21,155 bases of DNA from an uncultured virus (IMG/VR IMGVR_UViG_3300032030_000052) (taxonomy: Duplodnaviria; Heunggongvirae; Uroviricota; Caudoviricetes): IMG/VR virus record IMGVR_UViG_3300032030_000052; one strand, written 5' to 3'. Below, in pieces: positions 1-5,201 of the stretch (the stretch's first letter is position 1; every line of letters starts with the position of its first letter). The position numbers and the translations under genes are program-made. Below the pieces are notes generated by a model. The model saw only the letters and a list, made by a program, of their open reading frames with translations. It was not told the DNA's origin and made no database searches.

Positions 1-432
1 GACCCAGCCTTCAGATTTCTCATGCTTAAGACGCTTAACCTCAACTTCGTTCTTCTGTCTCTCGATATCCAACCGCTCTCGTTCGATAGCGAGCCGCTCT
101 TTCTCGATTTCGTCCCGTGCCTTTTCGGCATCGACCTTGTTTTGATCGATATCGGCACGGCGCTTATCAAGCTCCAAGCGATCGCTGTCGAGTTTCAAAC
201 GATCCTCTTCGAGACGAATCTTTGCTTCATTGAGCTCTTTTTCGTCTTTAGCAGCATCTGCTTTTGCGTCAGCATCGACGTCCGTTACGTAATGTGTAAC
301 TCTCTCCTTGTAGAGTTTCGCAAGTCCTTCGATGGCCCGGGCATATTCCGGTTTCTCCGGATCGAGGTTTTTGATCTTCAATACCTCCCGTTTGATTTCC
401 TCATCCATTACGTCAGTAAGATCAACCATCAT
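1..432 (-). CDS. Hypothetical coiled-coil phage protein (partial; runs off the window start; absent from the ORF track)
   Basis: Hand translation from ATG at 432 after RBS GAAAGGAG gives MMVDLTDVMDEEIKREVLKIKNLDPEKPEYARAIEGLAKLYKERV...RLAIERERLDIERQKNEVEVKRLKHEKSEGWV, open to base 1, with E/K/R-rich heptads. Confidence 0.85.
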   Translation of the reverse strand, partial: MMVDLTDVMDEEIKREVLKIKNLDPEKPEYARAIEGLAKLYKERVTHYVTDVDADAKADAAKDEKELNEAKIRLEEDRLKLDSDRLELDKRRADIDQNKVDAEKARDEIEKERLAIERERLDIERQKNEVEVKRLKHEKSEGWV

Positions 433-474
433 TGCCTTTTTTCTCCTTTCGAAAATTTAGTGAGCTTTCGCTCC

Positions 475-498
475 ATTATAGCGTACGTTATTCTCGCG
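475..498 (-). promoter_or_regulatory. Class I repeated motif copy 1 (CGCG-N14-TATAAT)
   Basis: Minus strand CGCG AGAATAACGTACGC TATAAT GG, followed at once by the hairpin GAGC-GAAA-GCTC and then the RBS of CDS 1..432. Confidence 0.75.
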
Positions 499-718
499 TG
501 ATGGGTGTGAGATCTACCTTCAGCAAGATCTCGTCCTGTCCAAGGATGTATTGGACTGGGATTCCGTCCGACAGCTCCATGAACAAATAGGGCTCGCCTG
601 TGGAGTTGTCCATACGAAGCTTACCGACTCGCCTATGCTTGTGGCTGCCGGTTAAGAACGCTCCGACACACGATCCGCCAAGGACAAAACCGATCACGAA
701 AAACAGAATCTTAACCAT
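488..718 (-). CDS. Small protein with N-terminal hydrophobic/transmembrane segment (76 aa)
   Basis: RBS AAAGGAGGTG (728-737) 9 nt before ATG 718; MVKILFFVIGFVLGGSCVGAFLT is hydrophobic. Confidence 0.8.
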   Translation of the reverse strand: MVKILFFVIGFVLGGSCVGAFLTGSHKHRRVGKLRMDNSTGEPYLFMELSDGIPVQYILGQDEILLKVDLTPITRE

Positions 719-740
719 AGGATATATCACCTCCTTTACA

Positions 741-770
741 ATTCTACCATGATTTTTGGGTTGCGTCGTG
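741..770 (-). promoter_or_regulatory. Class II promoter candidate (CACGA-N4-ACCC-N8-TGGTAGAAT; extended -10)
   Basis: TGnTAGAAT extended -10 upstream of an RBS; layout identical to 2782..2811. Confidence 0.6.
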
Positions 771-780
771 ATGACTTTAG

Positions 781-811
781 AAAAAGGAAAGAGACCCCGT
801 TACAGGGTCTC
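781..811 (-). terminator. Intrinsic terminator
   Basis: Minus strand GAGACCC-TGTAACG-GGGTCTC then TTTCCTTTTT; the stop codon of 800..1042 lies in the loop. Confidence 0.8.
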
Positions 812-1042
812 GATACCTTTCTTGTAGTCTCTTAATGATTGCTTTGCTCGAAGATACATGAGTTTTGTGTCGATGATTTGCTCTGTATGATGGAGAGAAC
901 GCAGTAACAACGACACAGCGTATGCCGAAACACCATAGTTTACTGATCTAAGCGCTTCGTTTCGCTCTTCGTCGATTTGTCTCTTCTCCATGTTTAATCT
1001 GATCTCTTCGCAAATATCTTTGATCTCCTTCGTGGTTTTCAT
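800..1042 (-). CDS. Hypothetical protein (80 aa, helical/charged)
   Basis: ATG preceded by GGGAGGTGG RBS; flanked by a class I motif and a terminator. Confidence 0.8.
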   Translation of the reverse strand: MKTTKEIKDICEEIRLNMEKRQIDEERNEALRSVNYGVSAYAVSLLLRSLHHTEQIIDTKLMYLRAKQSLRDYKKGIETL

Positions 1043-1057
1043 ATAAGACCACCTCCC

Positions 1058-1081
1058 ATTACAGAGGTTGTAGATTATGTG
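1058..1081 (-). promoter_or_regulatory. Class I repeated motif copy 2 (CACA-N14-TGTAAT)
   Basis: Minus strand CACA TAATCTACAACCTC TGTAAT GGGAGGTGG; nearly identical to 1690..1713. Confidence 0.7.
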
Positions 1082-1108
1082 AAAAGGAAAGAGACTCCGC
1101 AGAGCCTC
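1082..1108 (-). terminator. Intrinsic terminator
   Basis: Minus strand GAGGCTC-TGCG-GAGTCTC (one G.U pair) then TTTCCTTTT. Confidence 0.75.
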
Positions 1109-1121
1109 AGTCCATTTTTTG

Positions 1122-1325
1122 TTATGCTATTTTGTATTCGTATTTAACTTCGAATGGGATGTCTTCTGATGTCACAACAACATCGCTCTTTAATTCATCA
1201 AGCAGGAAAATGAAATCCAAGATATATTCGGCGGCGTCTTCGTCCGTATCGAACGATTTCACCCAGTCATATATCGGAACATCTTTTCCTTCGGTTTTTG
1301 CGAAAGCGACAAAATTGTACAACAT
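1122..1325 (-). CDS. Small acidic hypothetical protein (67 aa)
   Basis: RBS GAAAGGAGGG before ATG 1325 (MLYNFVAF...). The longer ORF-track start crosses a terminator and is unlikely. Confidence 0.75.
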   Translation of the reverse strand: MLYNFVAFAKTEGKDVPIYDWVKSFDTDEDAAEYILDFIFLLDELKSDVVVTSEDIPFEVKYEYKIA

Positions 1326-1341
1326 ATTTATCCCTCCTTTC

Positions 1342-1365
1342 ATAATGGAAGGAGCAAATATCGCG
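1342..1365 (-). promoter_or_regulatory. Class I repeated motif copy 3 (CGCG-N14-CATTAT)
   Basis: Minus strand CGCG ATATTTGCTCCTTC CATTAT GAAAGGAGGG. Confidence 0.75.
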
Positions 1366-1366
1366 T

Positions 1367-1395
1367 AAAAAGGAAAGAGACTCCGTAGAGCCTCT
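1367..1395 (-). terminator. Intrinsic terminator
   Basis: Minus strand AGAGGCTC-TACG-GAGTCTCT then TTCCTTTTT; near-copy of 1082..1108. Confidence 0.75.
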
Positions 1396-1402
1396 CGCCT
1401 AT

Positions 1403-1675
1403 TCAGAAATAAAATCCACATGTATCATACAATAATTTTTCGATACGTAACTTGAGCATCGGATCTCTTTCTGCCAATCCATCGAGAACTGCGCAAATCG
1501 CAATGCAAGTACACTTCGTAATTGGCGTGCGCCCACTTTCCATGTTGTTTATGGACTGTCTGGTAACACCAATCAGATTGCCAAATTGCTCTGCGCTAAG
1601 ATTTGCGTATCCTCTGATTTCTTGCAGTCGATCCTTAAGTAAGTCATGTACGCTTTCGTTATATGGTAGTAACAT
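1403..1675 (-). CDS. XRE/Cro-C1-type helix-turn-helix DNA-binding protein (90 aa)
   Basis: Motif RLQEIRGYANLSAEQFGNLIGVTRQSINNMESGRT is a typical HTH_3 signature; RBS GGGAGGTGG before ATG 1675. Confidence 0.9.
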   Translation of the reverse strand: MLLPYNESVHDLLKDRLQEIRGYANLSAEQFGNLIGVTRQSINNMESGRTPITKCTCIAICAVLDGLAERDPMLKLRIEKLLYDTCGFYF

Positions 1676-1689
1676 ATAGACCACCTCCC

Positions 1690-1713
1690 ATTACATAGGT
1701 TGCAGATTATGCG
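1690..1713 (-). promoter_or_regulatory. Class I repeated motif copy 4 (CGCA-N14-TGTAAT)
   Basis: Minus strand CGCA TAATCTGCAACCTA TGTAAT GGGAGGTGG. Confidence 0.75.
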
Positions 1714-1745
1714 AAAAGAAGAGGCGCTGTTAAGCAACCTCTTCT
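1714..1745 (-). terminator. Probable intrinsic terminator
   Basis: Minus strand AGAAGAGG...CCTCTTCT stem with the 1730..1954 stop codon in the loop, then a short T run abutting the next motif. Confidence 0.6.
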
Positions 1746-1954
1746 ATAGACAGCGAATACTCAACCTCATTGATAACAAAGACGATCGCCACCATGATAT
1801 TGTCGTCGTTATACTGCGGATGATATCCGTCGGGATCATAATGATAAAAATATAATTCATCAAATCGATCTCGCATGAAATCTTCCGCAGCATCTATGGT
1901 CTGAAACCCACCATATGATGTCTCCGTCTTTGTATCGAATACCGTGTAAGTCAT
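1730..1954 (-). CDS. Small acidic hypothetical protein (74 aa)
   Basis: RBS AGAAAGGAGGG before ATG 1954; sits in a motif/terminator cassette. Confidence 0.8.
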   Translation of the reverse strand: MTYTVFDTKTETSYGGFQTIDAAEDFMRDRFDELYFYHYDPDGYHPQYNDDNIMVAIVFVINEVEYSLSIEEVA

Positions 1955-1970
1955 AGTATCCCTCCTTTCT

Positions 1971-1994
1971 ATAATGGAAGGAGTTATTCTCGCG
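1971..1994 (-). promoter_or_regulatory. Class I repeated motif copy 5 (CGCG-N14-CATTAT)
   Basis: Minus strand CGCG AGAATAACTCCTTC CATTAT AGAAAGGAGGG; overlaps the stop codon of 1984..2376. Confidence 0.75.
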
Positions 1995-2376
1995 CACGAT
2001 GAAGTAAATAGAAGAAGAGTCTGTAAATGTTATAGTAAGCGTCACGACCCATCGGCAGAACCTTCTTAGCGGACATGGAATCGTAACTGTAACCTCTCGT
2101 TACACCATACATAAGATCTTCATAAATCTCCGGATGGTCTTTCGTTGCCTCATCCATAGCGTTCATCACTATCTCGATTCGATGGCTCAGCGTTGCTCTC
2201 TTGATCGCTTCTTCCTCTGTCGGCTCACGGTTCTCACGAGTAGCGAGACCATCGAGCCAACTTCTCTGCTTCTGCCAATCCCAGAACTGGAAGCAGAAGT
2301 ACTTGAGCTCGTAGTAGCGATTCTTCGGCATCCAGTATTGGCTCTTCTTTGACACCACGGCTTGTGTTGCTTTCAT
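1984..2376 (-). CDS. Putative phage transcriptional regulator (RinA/ArpU-like, C-terminal sigma-region-4-like HTH)
   Basis: 130 aa; N-terminal RYYELKYFCFQF, central amphipathic helix, C-terminal GVTRGYSYD...GRDAYYNIYRLFFYLL resembling RinA/ArpU-type activators; RBS GAAAGGAG. Confidence 0.55.
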   Translation of the reverse strand: MKATQAVVSKKSQYWMPKNRYYELKYFCFQFWDWQKQRSWLDGLATRENREPTEEEAIKRATLSHRIEIVMNAMDEATKDHPEIYEDLMYGVTRGYSYDSMSAKKVLPMGRDAYYNIYRLFFYLLHRARE

Positions 2377-2406
2377 ATAAAAGCTCCTTTCAAAAGAAAA
2401 AATATT

Positions 2407-2500
2407 AAGAAGATGTTAGAACGGTTCACTCTCCAGTATATGGAACGGGAATTCGTTTCCGATATTCCCCGTTTATAAGTGAGCTCATCATAGTCTTCTC
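2407..2500 (-). ncRNA. Candidate ~94-nt multi-stem RNA / structured leader
   Basis: Closing stem GAGAAGA/UCUUCUU, stem UCACUU/GAGUGA, hairpin AACGGGGAAU-A-UCG-GAAA-CGA-AUUCCCGUU and small hairpin CCA-UAUAC-UGG. It begins at the G right after class I motif copy 6 and is followed by a U-rich run. Confidence 0.5.
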
Positions 2501-2759
2501 ATAATAAGGTTTGTAAATTTCGCGAACCTGTCCATACATACCCCGTATCCTCATACAGTAATTTTGGTGAAATGTAATAGCTTATCCTTCCTTTCCTTGA
2601 ATCCATCTCCTTTACATCGGTTATCAGTTTTCCGTTACGGGTAGCTTTCCCGATCGGTAACCATCCTGATATTATCCCGGCTCGAACCCATGATGCATCT
2701 CTTCCGTAAACCTTTGCTACGACAGCTATCGGAACTGACCCGACTGCCAAACCATTCAT
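2499..2759 (-). CDS. Excisionase-like small DNA-binding protein (86 aa)
   Basis: Divergent from the integrase; VPIAVVAKVYGRDASWVRAGIISGWLPIG...YYISPKLL fits a winged-helix/Xis-like pattern; RBS AAGGAGGTG before ATG 2759. Confidence 0.6.
   Translation of the reverse strand: MNGLAVGSVPIAVVAKVYGRDASWVRAGIISGWLPIGKATRNGKLITDVKEMDSRKGRISYYISPKLLYEDTGYVWTGSRNLQTLL
2501..2524 (-). promoter_or_regulatory. Class I repeated motif copy 6 (CGCG-N14-TATTAT)
   Basis: Minus strand CGCG AAATTTACAAACCT TATTAT GAG, embedded in the last codons of 2499..2759. Confidence 0.7.
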
Positions 2760-2781
2760 AGTAATCACCTCCTTGGATGTC

Positions 2782-2811
2782 ATTATACCACATCAAGCGG
2801 GTCGTTTCGTG
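2782..2811 (-). promoter_or_regulatory. Class II promoter candidate (CACGA-N4-ACCC-N8-TGGTATAAT)
   Basis: Perfect extended -10 TGnTATAAT upstream of the xis-like RBS; no TTGACA at the -35 position. Confidence 0.65.
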
Positions 2812-2850
2812 CTGAATTATGTCGTCCGTAAAAATATTTGTGTAGGAGTC

Positions 2851-2879
2851 TTGACATTCACACACCATAGTGATATAAT
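2851..2879 (+). promoter_or_regulatory. Consensus sigma-A promoter of the integrase
   Basis: TTGACA (2851-2856), 17-nt spacer, TATAAT (2874-2879) with extended TG at 2871-2872; RBS AAAGGAGGT at 2890-2898. Confidence 0.9.
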
Positions 2880-2904
2880 ACGGTGTAGGAAAGGAGGTGT
2901 AGGA

Positions 2905-4068
2905 ATGCTTATAAAGTGTCCGGAATGTGACTTACAGGTCAGCGATAAAGCATTAGAATGTCCTCATTGTGGTTATCCTATGGTTTCGGATGATAAAAGA
3001 AAAAGGCGCCATCGAACAAATCGTCGAAAGCGTCTTCCAAATGGTTTTGGTCAAATATCTGAAATCAAAGGCAAAGGTCTTCGTAAGCCGTTCAGAGCCA
3101 TGGTGACGGTCAGCAAAACTGATACCGGAAGACCAATCTGTAAACTCTTGAAACCAGAATCCTATTTTGAAACTTACAATGATGCATACTCAGCTCTGGT
3201 CGAATACAATAGGAATCCGTATGATCTTTCTAATGATATCACGATGTCGGAGCTTTTCGATAGATGGTCTGAAAACCACTTCAAGAAGCTCAAGTCGATC
3301 GATAGCGCTAAGAATATAAGATGCGCGTGGGTTCACTGTGCTCCTCTTTATGAAATGCGAGTAAAAGAAGTTAGAGTTCGCCATATGAAAGAAATGATCG
3401 AGCAGTCTCCAACTTCTAATGGCAATAAGACACTCATGAAGATGATCTTGAATATGATGATGGATTACGCAGTAGAATACGAGTTAGTTGACCACAACTA
3501 CGCTAGAGAATTTAAGATAGAAAAGGTCGATAAGAGCAAGACCGTTGGAACAGGAGCTCACGATACCATCTCTGATGAAGAACTTACCGTCTTGTGGTCT
3601 CACTCGGGTGAAAGCATGTGGATTGACATGATGCTCATACAGTGCTATGGCGGATGGCGTCCTATAGAACTCTGTCAGATTCGTAAAGAGGATGTCGATA
3701 TTTCTATCGGATGCATTACAGGTGGCTCAAAGACTGAAGCTGGTCGTCATCGTCAGGTTCCAATCCATGACAAGATACTTGACATAGTGAAGCGATATCT
3801 AAACCATGACTCCTCAGAATTCCTCTTTGGAGAGTTGACTTACGAGCAATACCGATACGCTTTCCACAACGAACTCGAAAGACTCGGATTATCAGACCAT
3901 ACGCCTCATGACTGTCGTGTACGATTCGTAACCGCAGCTAAGAACTGTGGTATGGACGAGTATGCTATCAAGAGGATCGTGGGACATGTTATAGGGGATC
4001 TGACAGAACGAGTCTACACCAAGAGAGACTTCGGATGGCTCAAATCAGAGATGCAAAAACTAAGATGA
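2905..4068 (+). CDS. int: Tyrosine recombinase/integrase with N-terminal zinc ribbon (387 aa)
   Basis: Catalytic set R (GWRPIEL), K (GSKT), HxxR (HDCR), H (IVGH), Y (VYT); N-terminal CPEC...CPHC; RLPNGFGQI arm-binding-like segment; start ATG 2905 after the RBS. Confidence 0.95.
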   Translation: MLIKCPECDLQVSDKALECPHCGYPMVSDDKRKRRHRTNRRKRLPNGFGQISEIKGKGLRKPFRAMVTVSKTDTGRPICKLLKPESYFETYNDAYSALVEYNRNPYDLSNDITMSELFDRWSENHFKKLKSIDSAKNIRCAWVHCAPLYEMRVKEVRVRHMKEMIEQSPTSNGNKTLMKMILNMMMDYAVEYELVDHNYAREFKIEKVDKSKTVGTGAHDTISDEELTVLWSHSGESMWIDMMLIQCYGGWRPIELCQIRKEDVDISIGCITGGSKTEAGRHRQVPIHDKILDIVKRYLNHDSSEFLFGELTYEQYRYAFHNELERLGLSDHTPHDCRVRFVTAAKNCGMDEYAIKRIVGHVIGDLTERVYTKRDFGWLKSEMQKLR

Positions 4069-4070
4069 GG

Positions 4071-4251
4071 TGTAGGAATAGTGTATGAATAAAGCCGTTA
4101 AGAGAGCGTTTTGCTACCCTTAACGGCTTCTTCATATACGTATTTACGTGCTTTTAGAGGCTGTTCAATCCTCCATAGACATATCCCAGTTATTCAGGAC
4201 AGTACGTATTTACGTTGTTTTGCGCATGACTTGTAGGAATAATGTAGGAGT
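4071..4251. other. Putative attP region with arm-type direct repeats
   Basis: Pairs of TGTAGGAAT-like 9-mers at 11-bp spacing on both sides (4071, 4082; 4232, 4243), and a 13-bp direct repeat TACGTATTTACGT at 4137 and 4203, in the non-coding gap just downstream of int. Confidence 0.65.
4081..4139. terminator. Long hairpin between convergent genes (probable terminator)
   Basis: AAGCCGTTAAG (4092-4102) / CTTAACGGCTT (4119-4129) perfect inverted repeat, extended by GTGTATGAA / TTCATATAC. Confidence 0.6.
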
Positions 4252-4685
4252 TATCTACCTTCCTCAAGATCCATGATGAAGCGCTTAAACTTCATACGGG
4301 TTTCTTCGTCCTTAGCGCGACCCATCAGCTCTCTGAGCTCTTCAGCCATGCCATTGTCACGAGACCGTCTCATAGCATAGGAATCGTAGTCGTCACGGGA
4401 GAACTGACCCATGGCGTTACGACGCTGTGCCATAGAACGATCGTCATAGGACTGGTCGTCGAAAGAGCGGTTACCATACATAAACGTAGGCATCGGATAG
4501 TGACCCGACTTGCCTTCGTAACCGCTTTCTTCCATGGCAATGATAGTGGAGATGCTCTTGAGGCTGTGGGTGATAAGATCGATGGTCTTCAGGTCGCTAA
4601 CATCAGCGATTCGACCCTTGTCCCTTGCCTCATCAAGCTCTTTGCACAGCATTTTCTTGATATCGTAGTAAGTCTGCATGCTCAT
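4251..4685 (-). CDS. Hypothetical protein (144 aa): helical N- and C-termini with a low-complexity Y/D/R/S linker
   Basis: RBS AGAAAGGAG; last gene of the six-gene cluster; contains RRNAMGQFSR and SYDD-like repeats. Confidence 0.85.
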   Translation of the reverse strand: MSMQTYYDIKKMLCKELDEARDKGRIADVSDLKTIDLITHSLKSISTIIAMEESGYEGKSGHYPMPTFMYGNRSFDDQSYDDRSMAQRRNAMGQFSRDDYDSYAMRRSRDNGMAEELRELMGRAKDEETRMKFKRFIMDLEEGR

Positions 4686-4704
4686 TTTGAATTTTGCTCC
4701 TTTC

Positions 4705-5187
4705 TTATCTTATTCTGCGAACGCCCTCGTAGTCGAACTTCATATTGCCGTTGACTACGGTTACGGGCTGGGTGCTAAGGTTTACGAGTGCGATGCTGTC
4801 ACAACCGCAGATACTCGGAACACTTACAACGATTCCTGTACCGATGTTCTCTGCCACTTCGACAGCAGCCGGAGTAGCGAGCATTACGCTATCGGTATCA
4901 ATGACGCCATCGACAACTAGACCAAATCTGATCTCTTCAACAGTACCATCAGTCGGAATCAAGACGTTCAGATGTGCCTCAACACCATAATCGGTAGAAT
5001 AGAGCTTACGGCAGCCGCAACCGCAGTTACAGCTGTTATTTCTGGGAGCATTCGATGCAAGCAGAAATGTACCGGCGCCCTTCTTAAAGATATAGCCCTG
5101 ATTGCAGGGGCACGGAGCGTCGAGAAATGCTACCGGCTGGTTCGGTTGTACAGTCTGGTTTGCAATGATACTGTAATCAGCAGCCAT
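4705..5187 (-). CDS. Cys-rich predicted beta-sandwich protein (160 aa; BclA-CTD/C1q-like by pattern)
   Basis: Alternating beta-strand pattern (QTVQPNQPVAF, GTFLL, YGVEAHLNV, FGLVVDG, IALVNLS), CPC and CNCGCGC motifs; RBS AAGGCGGTG. Confidence 0.8.
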   Translation of the reverse strand: MAADYSIIANQTVQPNQPVAFLDAPCPCNQGYIFKKGAGTFLLASNAPRNNSCNCGCGCRKLYSTDYGVEAHLNVLIPTDGTVEEIRFGLVVDGVIDTDSVMLATPAAVEVAENIGTGIVVSVPSICGCDSIALVNLSTQPVTVVNGNMKFDYEGVRRIR

Positions 5188-5201
5188 CCGTAATCACCGC
5201 C

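Noticed and set aside
22..501. 159-aa plus-strand ORF
   Set aside because: Antisense to a minus-strand ORF that has an RBS, promoter motif and coherent coiled-coil sequence.
781..1994. CRISPR array or classical integron cassette array
   Set aside because: Repeats are about 280-350 bp apart, degenerate and separated by whole ORFs; no cas genes. I saw no RYYYAAC...GTTRRRY attC ends, and the integrase looks like a phage-type enzyme with its own att region rather than IntI.
2407..2500. Hammerhead ribozyme (UGAUGA and GAAAC present)
   Set aside because: The core CUGANGA is not intact (CUAUGAUGA), and the GAAA is a tetraloop rather than the junction after stem II.
2773..2904. 44-aa N-terminal extension of the integrase given by the ORF track
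   Set aside because: It spans the divergent promoters; the consensus promoter and RBS point to ATG 2905.
4157..4175. tRNA 3'-end fragment at the att core (GTTCAATCC resembles a T-loop)
   Set aside because: Stem and loop lengths do not fit a T-arm and no acceptor-stem half is evident; kept only as a candidate crossover region.
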